Below, piece by piece: positions 48,964-59,119 of a stretch of 64,000 nt of DNA (the stretch's first letter is position 1; every line of letters begins with the position of its first letter). Source of the stretch: an uncultured virus (IMG/VR IMGVR_UViG_2576861513_000002). Its lineage: Duplodnaviria > Heunggongvirae > Uroviricota > Caudoviricetes. The stretch lies in the IMG/VR virus record IMGVR_UViG_2576861513_000002; one strand, 5' to 3'. The position numbers were made by a program, and so were the translations under genes. The notes beneath the pieces are model-generated. The model worked only from the letters and a program-made list of their open reading frames with translations, did not search any database and was not told the origin of the DNA.

Positions 48964-49144
48964 TTTAACCTTGCAAAAAGCGGCTGCCAAAGCCTATCAA
49001 GCTGAAGTTGTCGCGCGGATGCTTGAGAACTATCCCCACAAGCTGACAGATTCTGATGTGGAAGCTGTGGCATCACTTTTGGCAGATCTTATTGGTCCGG
49101 TGGCTGCTTACCTTATTGAGGAAGAGTCAAAAAACCCAGCTTAA
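48956..49144 (+). CDS. Early hypothetical protein
   Basis: Coupled ORF. Confidence 0.65.
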   Translation: MPDLTLQKAAAKAYQAEVVARMLENYPHKLTDSDVEAVASLLADLIGPVAAYLIEEESKNPA

Positions 49145-49210
49145 GAAATAATAAATATTTCTATTACAGGAGTAATCCTGGGGATTCTCACAATCAAATT
49201 AAGGTGAATC

Positions 49211-49309
49211 ATGATTAATCGACAGGCATTTAAAACAGCCCAATTATTTAGCTCAATAGGTTATTGGTCTATAGGCATGCTTTATTTAAAAAAGGCATAT
49301 GGCAAATGA
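49211..49309 (+). CDS. 32-aa small protein (not in ORF track)
   Basis: AAGGTG RBS; MINRQAFKTAQLFSSIGYWSIGMLYLKKAYGK; ATGA overlap with the next gene. Confidence 0.6.
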   Translation: MINRQAFKTAQLFSSIGYWSIGMLYLKKAYGK

Positions 49310-49671
49310 ATAATTTCATTACCACTTATCGCCGACGAATTTTAAAGGCTGCGTTATTACGCCACCAGCGTAAAACCGGAAGCACCTGCATCATTATCAA
49401 TATGCCTAAGGGGGGAATAAACACCGTCGAATTAACAGAAATATTGCTTGATGGTCTGTTGAGACGATTCGAAAAGTTGGCTCTCAGTGAATACGGGAAT
49501 ATTGACGGCGTAAAAGCCATCAGAGGAATTTACAGCAACGCCGTAGATGTGAATGGCAGCGGTGAGTTCCTGACAGAAAGCGGAAAGGCATTAATCGACG
49601 ATCTCATTGCTGAGCTGGTCGAGTTCGCCAAGAAACAAAAATCAGTCACAGCGGAGACAAGCCATGAGTGA
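49306..49671 (+). CDS. Early hypothetical protein
   Basis: Coupled ORF. Confidence 0.7.
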   Translation: MNNFITTYRRRILKAALLRHQRKTGSTCIIINMPKGGINTVELTEILLDGLLRRFEKLALSEYGNIDGVKAIRGIYSNAVDVNGSGEFLTESGKALIDDLIAELVEFAKKQKSVTAETSHE

Positions 49672-49876
49672 TCAGACACCAATTATCACGCACGAACCAG
49701 TAAATATCGTGCTGACAATCGAGAACGGGAAAGTTATCCACGCGCGCCCGGTTCAGAACGGCGAGGTTACAGCATCGCTGGAGACTTTTTTATGGATGGC
49801 TGAACGCGCCGGTTACACGATCACCCCACCTGCAGGAGAGAAGGACAATGGCCCTGACAGCGATACGAATTCCTGA
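49664..49876 (+). CDS. Early hypothetical protein
   Basis: GGAG RBS. Confidence 0.6.
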   Translation: MSDQTPIITHEPVNIVLTIENGKVIHARPVQNGEVTASLETFLWMAERAGYTITPPAGEKDNGPDSDTNS

Positions 49877-50069
49877 ATGGGTGCACCTGCAGGCGGTCCA
49901 TGTCCTCCGCCAGTTCAGAGCCAGGCGGATTCATCCCTGCCGTATGCACGGCTCCGGAAACCTGAGCCTGAGGGTTAATCGCCGCTGGCGGCTGCTGTCC
50001 CGAGACGGCGGCCAGAATTGGGAAGTAATGAGCCATGAACGATACAGCAAACTGAAGGACAGAAAATGA
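49848..50069 (+). CDS. ParE/RelE-like small basic protein
   Basis: SLRVNRRWRLL...VMSHERY. Confidence 0.6.
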   Translation: MALTAIRIPEWVHLQAVHVLRQFRARRIHPCRMHGSGNLSLRVNRRWRLLSRDGGQNWEVMSHERYSKLKDRK

Positions 50070-50290
50070 AAATTCAACATCAGGACTATGGCGCCGTGGC
50101 GAACATCGTTATCACAAGCACTCTGTTTGAGTTCCGTAAACATAACAGAGTGGTAGATGTCACGCTGCTACACACACCCGGAATCGTAGCAACCCGTAGC
50201 GGGATGTTCTTCATGAGAACGGTTTTATCCGGCAAGTCCCGGGACATGCTCCGTGCGTACAGAGCTGTTTTTCGGGAGGCATCACGATGA
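50066..50290 (+). CDS. Early hypothetical protein
   Basis: ATGA-coupled ORF. Confidence 0.65.
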   Translation: MKIQHQDYGAVANIVITSTLFEFRKHNRVVDVTLLHTPGIVATRSGMFFMRTVLSGKSRDMLRAYRAVFREASR

Positions 50291-50382
50291 AGTATTTCCT
50301 CCTCTCTATGCTGTTTAGCCTGTTGCTGGTGGCCGTCGTTTTCGGCGCGCTGATTGAGTATAAATTTTTGATAGGTTTCTGA
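50287..50382 (+). CDS. 31-aa single-TM peptide (not in ORF track)
   Basis: GGAGG RBS, ATGA overlap; MKYFLLSMLFSLLLVAVVFGALIEYKFLIGF. Confidence 0.6.
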   Translation: MKYFLLSMLFSLLLVAVVFGALIEYKFLIGF

Positions 50383-50390
50383 GGTTAGAT

Positions 50391-50750
50391 ATGGGCGAAG
50401 TTAGCAATGGTCCGGTATCAAGTTTACCAGGGCACCTTTCGAGGGTTCCGGAAGGAACTAAATGCGATGTTCACCCCGATCGTGATGCCGTTCGCCGCGT
50501 TCAGGGTGAAACAGATTCATTTGGCTGCGAGTATCACGATATGTGCCAGGAATGCCACGTTGAATATGTGCGGGAATCTCAAACCGCCGATTATTTCGGT
50601 AAATGCAACTGGTGCGGCAAACACGCCGAGATTTTAATCCCTCATAGGGATATTGAAGAAGGTAGCTACGGTCGCGTCTATGAGGTGTGCAAACCCTGTA
50701 TTGATGCTGAGCGCCAGCGCTGGGAGGAAGAAGATGAAGAACGGTGGTGA
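50391..50750 (+). CDS. Cys-rich (Zn-binding) phage protein
   Basis: CDVH, CQEC, CNWC, CKPC. Confidence 0.7.
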   Translation: MGEVSNGPVSSLPGHLSRVPEGTKCDVHPDRDAVRRVQGETDSFGCEYHDMCQECHVEYVRESQTADYFGKCNWCGKHAEILIPHRDIEEGSYGRVYEVCKPCIDAERQRWEEEDEERW

Positions 50751-50754
50751 AGCC

Positions 50755-51069
50755 ATGAACACAATTACCAATAAACAGTTAATAGCGCACATCACCGCAA
50801 AGATGGCGCGGATAAAGCCAAATTCGCAGATTAACGACAACCTCCGCAATGAAGCGCTGATGAATAAGCGCGCGTTGGAAATCGCACTGGTCGCGCTAAC
50901 TGCCGAACCTGCGGCCGGTGGTTACCAACCAGCGATCGACATCTTGCGCGACAGAGCTGCTCGCGAACTTGATGGTGGTTTTCGCGCGCATCACAACGCC
51001 CTGATTTATGCCGCTAATGAACTGGAAAATGCCCAGGCTTTCGGGCAGGAGGTCAGCCATGAGTCTTGA
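50755..51069 (+). CDS. Early hypothetical protein
   Basis: ORF upstream of xis. Confidence 0.6.
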   Translation: MNTITNKQLIAHITAKMARIKPNSQINDNLRNEALMNKRALEIALVALTAEPAAGGYQPAIDILRDRAARELDGGFRAHHNALIYAANELENAQAFGQEVSHES

Positions 51070-51268
51070 CTGTGTACCCCTTTCTACATACTGCAGGGAC
51101 GCGGGGGAAACGGTAGAAGCCGTTAACAAACGGATACAAAGGGGGTTATGGAAGGAGGGAGTACATGTATTAAAAGTCGATGGCGTTAAAGAACGCTGGA
51201 TTGACTTAACGGAGGTTTCAAAGTGGGCAAGAAAGAACAAGGATCATTATCTCTCCCAAGAGGAGTAA
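51059..51268 (+). CDS. xis: Excisionase
   Basis: VPLSTYC...AVNKRIQRGLW...WIDLTEV; overlaps int. Confidence 0.82.
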   Translation: MSLDCVPLSTYCRDAGETVEAVNKRIQRGLWKEGVHVLKVDGVKERWIDLTEVSKWARKNKDHYLSQEE

Positions 51269-52395
51269 CCATCCGCCAGCATAAAACTGGCGACACTCTG
51301 GTTATCACGTTCACATACAAAGGGGTTCTGTGCCGGGAGCCCCTCTCCAAAATGGAAGCAAACGCGCGCGGTGTGAAGTACGCCGAGCGCCTGCTCGGGG
51401 AGATACAAAACCAGATCGTCAGTGGCACCTTTGAATATGCGAAATATTTCCCCAACTCCAAAAAGCTGGAGCTGTTCGGGGTGGTGAAGAAAACCAAAAA
51501 CATAAAGTCCTACCTGGACGAGTACCTGAAAATCTGCCAGAACCGCAACCTGTCCCCGTCGACTATAAATGGTTATGAAAAATGCCTGTCGGCGCTGTCA
51601 GCTCTGCATAAACTCCACGTATCAGAACTGACGCCAGCGGTCCTTAAAAACTGGATAGCCAGCCGGAAAACAAAGCTGAAAACGACCAGGAATAACCTTT
51701 CGTTTCTGCGCAGCGCCATCGACGAAGCTGTTACGGATGGCCTGCTGACCATTAACCCGGTAACCCTCGTCAGCGCCAGCCGGTACCACGTGATCGACAG
51801 CAGCCCGAGCGCCGACGATTACGAGGTTGACCCGTTCACGCCAGCGGAGACCCTCGCCATTTACCAGAGCTGCAGGTACCCGGAATGGGAAAACCTGTTC
51901 CGCTTTGCTTTCAATACCGGTCTGCGGAGCTCCGAACTGTGCGCGCTGCGCTGGCCTGATCTCGACACCATCGCGAACACAGCCCACGTCCAGGCGGCCA
52001 GTGTCGTAGGGGTACTTAAAGGCACCAAGACAAAAGCCGGTACCCGTAAGGTGGAGCTGAACAGTGAGGCGCTGGCGGCCCTGCAGGCGCAGAAGCAATA
52101 CACCTTTATGAAAAGTGAGTTCATATTCAGCGATCCGAAAACGGGAGAACCCTGGGCGAACGCCGACGCTATCCGTAAAAAAGCATGGGTGCCGACCCTG
52201 AAAAAAGCTGGCGTGCGCTATCGTAACCCTTACCAGACGCGGCACACATTCGCCACCAAGCATATTAGCCAGGGCGTTAACCTCTTCTGGCTTGCCGGAC
52301 AGATGGGCCACAAAGGGCCGGAAATGATATTCCGCAACTACGGTAAATACCTGGCTGAATATGACGGTAAAACCGCGATTTCAGCCGCGCTGTAG
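51223..52395 (+). CDS. int: Prophage integrase
   Basis: TGLRSSEL, YQTRHTFA, MGH...YGKY; next to att. Confidence 0.96.
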   Translation: MGKKEQGSLSLPRGVTIRQHKTGDTLVITFTYKGVLCREPLSKMEANARGVKYAERLLGEIQNQIVSGTFEYAKYFPNSKKLELFGVVKKTKNIKSYLDEYLKICQNRNLSPSTINGYEKCLSALSALHKLHVSELTPAVLKNWIASRKTKLKTTRNNLSFLRSAIDEAVTDGLLTINPVTLVSASRYHVIDSSPSADDYEVDPFTPAETLAIYQSCRYPEWENLFRFAFNTGLRSSELCALRWPDLDTIANTAHVQAASVVGVLKGTKTKAGTRKVELNSEALAALQAQKQYTFMKSEFIFSDPKTGEPWANADAIRKKAWVPTLKKAGVRYRNPYQTRHTFATKHISQGVNLFWLAGQMGHKGPEMIFRNYGKYLAEYDGKTAISAAL

Positions 52396-52518
52396 CGGGG
52401 TAAATATTTCAAAATGTTGGACAGAATCAGGACGTTAGACAGACCTCAATATGCACGTAAAATGCACGCGAGGCCTGTCAAAGTGACAGAATCCTTTATT
52501 TTCAATGAGTTAAATAAC

Positions 52519-52554
52519 TTTCAGACGCGAGTTCAACTCCCGCCAGCTCCACCA
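52519..52554 (+). repeat. Prophage att site (displaced ssrA 3' end)
   Basis: 34/36 match to 1495-1530. Confidence 0.95.
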
Positions 52555-52588
52555 AACATTGATGTACTGAAGTTCAGTAAAGTCTACT

Positions 52589-52622
52589 AAGCCCGCACAG
52601 CACAAGCTCTGCGGGCTTTTTT
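52589..52622 (+). terminator. Intrinsic terminator
   Basis: AAGCCCGCA...TGCGGGCTTTTTT. Confidence 0.75.
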
Positions 52623-52720
52623 ATGTCCATTGACGTCTAGTGAGAATTGCTGAGAACTACAAATTATGGCACCCTGAATGGGACCCAACGCAAAGGGGTC
52701 CAAAAATCGAGGGTCCCAAA

Positions 52721-53950
52721 ATGGCAAAACTCGCTAAAAAACTCACCGACACTGAAATCAAGAACACCAAACCAGCAGGCAAAGAAATCAACTTGTTTGA
52801 CGGAGATGGCTTAATTCTACGAATCTCCCCCCTCTCAACAGGTGGGAAAAAGAACTGGTATTTCAGGTATTCAGTGCCAGTGAGCAAGAAAAGAACCAAG
52901 ATGAGCCTTGGGACATACCCTCACCTTACCTTGGCAAGAGCAAGAGCCTTACGTGATGAATACCTCTGCTTGCTTGCGAATGGAACGGACCCTCAAGTCC
53001 ATAACAACGATAAAGCTAATGCATTAAAGAATGCCACAGAACACACCTTACAAGCCGTAGCGAGAAAATGGCTGGATGAGAAGATAAAGACCTCTGGCAT
53101 CTCACAGGACCATGCGGAAGACATCTGGCGAAGCCTTGAACGAAATATTTTCCCCGGTCTGGGTAATGTGCCAATCAATGAGATCCGTCCAAAGCTCTTG
53201 AAACAGCATCTTGATCCAATTGAACAACGAGGAGTACTGGAAACTTTGCGACGGCTTATTTCCAGGTTGAATGAAATCTTCCGTTGGGCGGCTACAGAAG
53301 AGCTGATTGAATTTAACCCCGCAGATAATCTGGGCCAACGTTTCAGTAAGCCTAAAAAACAGAATATGCCTGCCTTGCCCCCCTCTGAACTCCCTCGTTT
53401 TCTGGCAGCACTGAACAATGCATCTGTCCGTTTAGAAACAAGACTACTGATTGAATGGCAACTTCTCACATGGGTTCGCCCCGGTGAAGCTGTCCGCGCA
53501 AGATGGTCTGATATAGATATGGATAACAGCATGTGGAACATCCCGGCTGAATTTATGAAGATGAAAAAACCTCATAAGGTTCCATTAAGCAAAGAATCTC
53601 TTCGGATACTTAAATCTATGGAATCAATCAGTGGGCACCGCGAGTGGGTATTTACCAGCATAAAGGCTCCCTTAAACCATATGCATGAACAAACAGCCAA
53701 CGCAGCAATTATCCGTATGGGTTTTGGAGGTGAACTTGTTGCCCATGGAATGCGATCTATTGCAAGAACGGCAGCGGAAGAGTCAGGAAAATTCAGGACA
53801 GATGCACTTGAAGCGGCCCTTGCCCACTCAAAAAAAGACGAAATTATCGCTGCATATAATCGGGCGGAATATATTACCGAACGAGTAGCTCTCATGCAGT
53901 GGTGGGGAGATTATGTCCAGGCGCAACAGCTTAAAATTTTTGCTGCCTGA
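52721..53950 (+). CDS. intA: CP4-57 IntA/SlpA-like integrase
   Basis: MAKLAKKLTDTEIK, VRPGEA, HGMRS, LAH...YNRAEY. Confidence 0.92.
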   Translation: MAKLAKKLTDTEIKNTKPAGKEINLFDGDGLILRISPLSTGGKKNWYFRYSVPVSKKRTKMSLGTYPHLTLARARALRDEYLCLLANGTDPQVHNNDKANALKNATEHTLQAVARKWLDEKIKTSGISQDHAEDIWRSLERNIFPGLGNVPINEIRPKLLKQHLDPIEQRGVLETLRRLISRLNEIFRWAATEELIEFNPADNLGQRFSKPKKQNMPALPPSELPRFLAALNNASVRLETRLLIEWQLLTWVRPGEAVRARWSDIDMDNSMWNIPAEFMKMKKPHKVPLSKESLRILKSMESISGHREWVFTSIKAPLNHMHEQTANAAIIRMGFGGELVAHGMRSIARTAAEESGKFRTDALEAALAHSKKDEIIAAYNRAEYITERVALMQWWGDYVQAQQLKIFAA

Positions 53951-54420
53951 ATGGACGAAAGGCTACTAATGAGTAGCCTTTCCAATATCCCCAAACGTGG
54001 GGCAAATAACAAACTGTACATAGTACAGGATTCATATCAGCAAAAACTATTGATGACATATATTATTAATAAATCATTTTTAAATAATGTCAATGACTGT
54101 GAATAATTTATTTTTATAATTAATGCTAAATCTGGCTATACCATTGTATTTTTTAAAAATAAAATCCACACCACTCCCCTCGTTACTTACAATTAAATGA
54201 AAATATAATTCATCACAACCCTGTTAAACAAAATTAATCTTTCACTTACAGGTAATCAATTTTAGAAAAAAAGAACTAAGAAAATTTTATGTCCGATAAT
54301 AATCTCACACCTACATACTTACCATTCACTGTTATAGCTCATTATAATATTGATCTGAAAAAGTGTATTTCAGGGCTTCACTTGCACAATCGAAGATATA
54401 TATTAGAAGCCCTACCCGCT

Positions 54421-54668
54421 CTGCAAGAGAAACCTTTAAAATCAATGCAAGTGAAGCATTTAAACAACCTTTTCATTTAGCTTCCTTTGAGCTACCGAAG
54501 CGATGAATTTGGTGTTTCTCCTGCACTATAAGAGAAACTTTTAAAATCATTGTAAGCGAAGCATTTAAACAGCTTTTTCATTTAGCTTCCTTTAAGCTAC
54601 CGAAGCAATGGACTCGAAGCTTCTCCTGAACTGCAATAGAAGCTTTAAAATAAATGCAAACGAAGCTG
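54421..54668. repeat. Degenerate 105-bp tandem repeat (~2.4 copies)
   Basis: GAGAAACyTTTAAAATC at 54427 and 54532; third partial copy at ~54637. Confidence 0.8.
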
Positions 54669-54831
54669 TATGTATTTATATAATAACATCGTCCACTACG
54701 ATTTTTTATTATTATACGAAATGAAGCAAGGGCTAACTCTACGAAGCCGCTGCGCTTGCTTCTCCGAGTTCCCCTTGCTTTTCAGCCCTTCGGTTAGAAA
54801 AGAACAGCCAGACCCAGTAAGCACATATCCA

Positions 54832-54941
54832 TTGAACTGCGCCCAATGTTTTGTGACAGATTACTATAGAAAGGTCGACTTTGGCACGGAGCGTTCAAGC
54901 TAACTGAGCTGAAGGTCCGCTGTGAGCGAAAAAACGGACAT
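54832..54941 (+). repeat. ~110-bp dispersed palindromic repeat, copy A
   Basis: Aligns with 60721-60830 and 61501-61610. Confidence 0.7.
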
Positions 54942-55222
54942 TGAGATTGAGTGTCAGAAGCACTGGTCACACTCTGTCTCCGAATCCTCTGTAGCAGGAT
55001 GAATTGCACAATCAGAGCAGCGAAAAATATTGAAGATGTTGTTGAACTATGTAGGATATGTAGAAGCATAAGAAGATTTGTCAGGTTAAGGATTCCTGAG
55101 GGCGGTAGCATTTTAGAAGAAGAATGAATATCTTACATGATCCTTATAGGTTGGCGAAGGTGGTTTTTCGTTGAAAAAAGATAACCTTGATAGATAGTAA
55201 ATCTGAAGAGACATAGGTTAAT

Positions 55223-55657
55223 ATGATGCAAGAGCATGCTTGGAAATATTTTGAACTACACTCTCAACAAAGAATGACGGTATTTAATTTCTATATTACG
55301 ATAATAAGTCTTTTGATAGCAGGTAGTGGAATATGCTTACAGCAAGGAGGCAATCTAATTTATCTGACATCTGCCTTGGGTATATTTATTATATTTATAA
55401 CCTTTATTTTTCATAAACTTGACTCAAGGGTGTCATTTCTTATAAAAAATGCAGAGAAAGCCTTGAGAAAAGCAGAGGATAATTATGATAATGAAGAAAT
55501 GAAAATTTTCACCTCTGACCACAATAATGAAAACCTCAATAAAACCATGCGCTCACTATGGAGTTATGGGAAATGTTTCAGGCTATCGTTCGCTATCATA
55601 TCATGCCTTGGCTTTATGATTTCAATAACTCCGATGGTTATAAATTTCATGGGCTAA
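55223..55657 (+). CDS. Small multi-TM membrane protein
   Basis: Three hydrophobic segments; 31 bp upstream of the dtcA-like gene. Confidence 0.75.
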   Translation: MMQEHAWKYFELHSQQRMTVFNFYITIISLLIAGSGICLQQGGNLIYLTSALGIFIIFITFIFHKLDSRVSFLIKNAEKALRKAEDNYDNEEMKIFTSDHNNENLNKTMRSLWSYGKCFRLSFAIISCLGFMISITPMVINFMG

Positions 55658-55688
55658 TTTTTTATAAATTTTATAGGACTGAAACAAA

Positions 55689-58673
55689 ATGGACTATACC
55701 AAATGGCAATCAAAGTCAGAAAATAGCTTAAAGTTGCTAAATACATTATCTAAAGTTAAAAATAAAAACAAAAGAAATTTATTGAGGGGATATTTGAATA
55801 AATCAAGAATTAATAAGTTTGAAATCCAGAAAATTAGAAAAGATAATAATCTTTCTGATTGCATGATAATAGGAGCAGTAATAAAGGGAAGAGATGGGTT
55901 ACTAAAAATAAGTGAAAAGCCAACGAGTAGTGAACTTTACACTATGATTACACCTAAACCATTATCATGGAGAGAAGAGCTAAGCTACCTATCTGGTTTT
56001 ATAAATTCATTTGAAGATGTTTCATTAAGACATCTGGAAGTTATCAAATCGCTATCATATTTAGAGCAATTAGAAACAGACACGGCTCTTAGATTGATAT
56101 TAAAGTATAGCGAAGAATATGGAGCATCTAATTTCTTATCATACAAACTAGCTTATCTCATAAGCTCACGTGATCTAACATCAAATGATCAAAAGATAGT
56201 CACAAAAATTGAAGATGAATTCGGACATAAAGATAGACCTGGATTTCATTTCAGCGCATTAGAAAACTTGAATTCAAGAATATCCTTATTTGTTGTTGCC
56301 AGAAGAAGAGTAAGCGCACTAATTGGAAGAGTAGATGGGAATATAAGAAAGGCTATATCGCTTAATAACTTTATACCTACACCATTATCTATCGATGACT
56401 TAGCGGAGTTCTTGTTAAGAGCCTCTGAATCAGCTCTAATTGATGCTATATACTCGCTAGTCGTGCTTTTTAATTTGGATGATGAATTTAAAGAAGCTAA
56501 GTTTGAATTAGAAAAAAGACTTAACTCTAAACTAATATCTGGAATCCATAATTTATTGTTATACACCTCCGAACTTAAAAATAATGAAATAGTGACTGAT
56601 TATTACCGTTCTCTTAACGACGAGGGAGATTATTCATTAGATTTATATAGAAACTCTTCCGCATTTTTAGAACGTAAAGATCTAGCAAGATATAGAAACA
56701 AAATTGATAAGGTTATAGGGGCCAGATTATTAAATGAAATAGAAATCAAACACAGCCACTCAACTGCAGAATTCGAAGATGAAAAAAGATTATTATTAGC
56801 TAACGATGGTATAAGCACTAATGAGAAATTAGAAATAAAGCAGGATACATTCTATAGAACCTACTTATTTTTAAATATTCTTAGAAATAGAAATAACCTG
56901 TTATCATTAACAGGAGAGAATATAAAGTTTATTTTTGAAAATACTTTGAGGCTAGATACATTGCTGACCGAAGATGAAATGCAGACGCTTCTGTTAACAT
57001 CATCGGAAGACAATAAAAGCTTAGTGACTGTACTGACACTTGCATTATATAGGAAAAAATCAGCAGACCCTGATACTGACTTTGACTTTAGAACAGATTT
57101 TATATCATACGTTAAAGAAAAATTTAGTGGCTCTATCGTAAAATTTATTTCTGATTTACTTGAAAGCAGCCCTGCAATAGCCAGCTATATAGTTGTATCA
57201 CTAGATGAAGTCACTCTGGAGAAAATGTACGGCCTTGTATCTAATGCTTCAGAAGCCTCTTCGATACGACGTGAGATTTTAATGTCGGTTGGAAAAAAAT
57301 TAAATCAAATCGAGTACATAATAGAAGCAGAATCAATAAATACAAGAGAAAAGGTATCGAAGCTTCAAAAATATTTTGATAGTAGTAGAATTTATGTTGA
57401 TAGCGTATCGATGAAAAATTGGTTAGACAGTAACCCTACGATGTCCACAGAACAATATCGTTCACTATTCAGTCGCTCAGAGGCTATTATATCAACTGCG
57501 CAAAGTGATAATGAAAATGAATCAGATATATTATATATACAGCTAGTAAATAGTGGTGACTATCTTATACCTCAAATTGCAAAAGACGCTTTTGAACAAT
57601 TTTGCCTTAATAACGAATTTGGTATTCAGTCTTACCTCGGCAGACGAATTAGACATAATACTCTAGATGGTGTAACAACAGATACTGTAGATGCGGTACT
57701 TCGGAAACCTGAACATAGAATAGTACTTGCAAATCAACAGATGCAAAGGATAGTTGAATCCTGGCTTGCATCTTATAAAGCTATTGTTGATAAACTCAGG
57801 CGTGAACACCTTCAATTTAAGTCTAGTAATTCCTTATTTAACGCATCGATTGACACTGATGATTCCGCGACCAGTGAAAATATTCGCCTCTTAACAAACA
57901 CTCTTCGTTCAACCGGTAGAAGTGAATTGCTAAATGAGCTCATCATTGCGTTTTGCTGGAAGCAAATAACACCTCAACTTGAAAATGCCGCAAGGTTTAT
58001 TAGGACAACACTATTACAACAAGCAAAGGATTCTATCGATAAACACTTCCAAAATCACAGCATTGGGGAGACGCAGATTGTAGCTGAGCTACACGAAGCG
58101 GTAAACGAAGTATTTATCAAAGTTTCTGATTGGTTCCAAGTTCCTGATACTGGATTCATCTCAGCTTCAATTAAAGATTTATGTCAAATAATTCTAATTG
58201 ATCTAAATAGAAATAATAATGTAGAGTTTAATGGTGAAGCAATAGACAACAAATACACAGGTATAAGTGTTCATCGATTGTATGACTGTCTCGCCGTACT
58301 ATTACAAAACGCGCATACACATGGAGAGGAGAATAGTGTAATACATATTGATGTCTCTGTGCTAAAAATAGACTTAGAATCAGTATTAGAGTCTGTATCT
58401 GTAGATATCACATCAAAAGTAGCAAAACATAACTTTGAAGAATCTAAACTAAGAATTGAAGAAGCAATTAGTGCAGAAGAAGATAGTACAGATATGGTTA
58501 CGGAAGGTTATTCTGGAATTAAAAAGATAAAATTCATTACCAGAGCTAACGAAGGCAAACAGACTATGAGATTTCGTTTTGATAATGATAATTCGCAGCT
58601 GACCTTAGGGTTTTCGATCCACGCAGAAATAGCTACAGAAGAAAATGCAGTCACTTCAGGAGCAATTGCATGA
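55689..58673 (+). CDS. dtcA: Detocs-like sensor kinase (C-terminal HATPase)
   Basis: RIRHN, LLQNAHTHG N-box, EGYSGIKKI G-box; operon with REC genes. Confidence 0.78.
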   Translation: MDYTKWQSKSENSLKLLNTLSKVKNKNKRNLLRGYLNKSRINKFEIQKIRKDNNLSDCMIIGAVIKGRDGLLKISEKPTSSELYTMITPKPLSWREELSYLSGFINSFEDVSLRHLEVIKSLSYLEQLETDTALRLILKYSEEYGASNFLSYKLAYLISSRDLTSNDQKIVTKIEDEFGHKDRPGFHFSALENLNSRISLFVVARRRVSALIGRVDGNIRKAISLNNFIPTPLSIDDLAEFLLRASESALIDAIYSLVVLFNLDDEFKEAKFELEKRLNSKLISGIHNLLLYTSELKNNEIVTDYYRSLNDEGDYSLDLYRNSSAFLERKDLARYRNKIDKVIGARLLNEIEIKHSHSTAEFEDEKRLLLANDGISTNEKLEIKQDTFYRTYLFLNILRNRNNLLSLTGENIKFIFENTLRLDTLLTEDEMQTLLLTSSEDNKSLVTVLTLALYRKKSADPDTDFDFRTDFISYVKEKFSGSIVKFISDLLESSPAIASYIVVSLDEVTLEKMYGLVSNASEASSIRREILMSVGKKLNQIEYIIEAESINTREKVSKLQKYFDSSRIYVDSVSMKNWLDSNPTMSTEQYRSLFSRSEAIISTAQSDNENESDILYIQLVNSGDYLIPQIAKDAFEQFCLNNEFGIQSYLGRRIRHNTLDGVTTDTVDAVLRKPEHRIVLANQQMQRIVESWLASYKAIVDKLRREHLQFKSSNSLFNASIDTDDSATSENIRLLTNTLRSTGRSELLNELIIAFCWKQITPQLENAARFIRTTLLQQAKDSIDKHFQNHSIGETQIVAELHEAVNEVFIKVSDWFQVPDTGFISASIKDLCQIILIDLNRNNNVEFNGEAIDNKYTGISVHRLYDCLAVLLQNAHTHGEENSVIHIDVSVLKIDLESVLESVSVDITSKVAKHNFEESKLRIEEAISAEEDSTDMVTEGYSGIKKIKFITRANEGKQTMRFRFDNDNSQLTLGFSIHAEIATEENAVTSGAIA

Positions 58674-59119
58674 AAATACTTTTGGTTGAGGATGAAGTAC
58701 ATAAAAGAGATGAGTTAATACAATGTGTTAAAACAGTTTACGGAATTGAACCACAAATAGTCGATTGCGTGAATGATGCGGTTTTGGCTGTTATTGACAA
58801 TGATTTCGATTTGATTATTTTAGATATGGCCTTATCTACTTTTAGCGATAACTCAGGAGATAAGAAAAAAGGACATGACCAAGCTCAAGGTGGAATAGAA
58901 GTTTTGAGAGCATTAAAATCGCGTAAGAAAACAACAAAAATAATAATTATCACCCAATATCCTGATTTTTACATTGGCGGCGTTAAAGTGAAGTTGCAAA
59001 AATCAATAAGTGTTGTCAAAGAAAAATATAATCAAGATATAATTGGTGCCGTTTTATATACTTATAAATCTCAACCTACTTTGCAAAAGATAACATCTAT
59101 ACTGAGAAAACATGCATGA
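58670..59119 (+). CDS. dtcB: Stand-alone receiver domain
   Basis: MKILLVEDE, DLIILDMAL, IIIITQY. Confidence 0.82.
   Translation: MKILLVEDEVHKRDELIQCVKTVYGIEPQIVDCVNDAVLAVIDNDFDLIILDMALSTFSDNSGDKKKGHDQAQGGIEVLRALKSRKKTTKIIIITQYPDFYIGGVKVKLQKSISVVKEKYNQDIIGAVLYTYKSQPTLQKITSILRKHA

Larger units (their letters stand above)
1495..52554. mobile_element. Prophage (contractile tail, lambdoid immunity region) integrated at the ssrA 3' end
   Basis: 36-bp att repeats; int/xis at the right end; complete cI/cro, replication, Q, lysis, head and tail gene order. Confidence 0.96.

Noticed and set aside
52519..52554. Second tmRNA/tRNA-like gene
   Set aside because: Only the 3' 36 nt are present; it is the att duplication.
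54421..54668. CRISPR array
   Set aside because: The whole 105-bp unit repeats, with no unique spacers and no cas genes.
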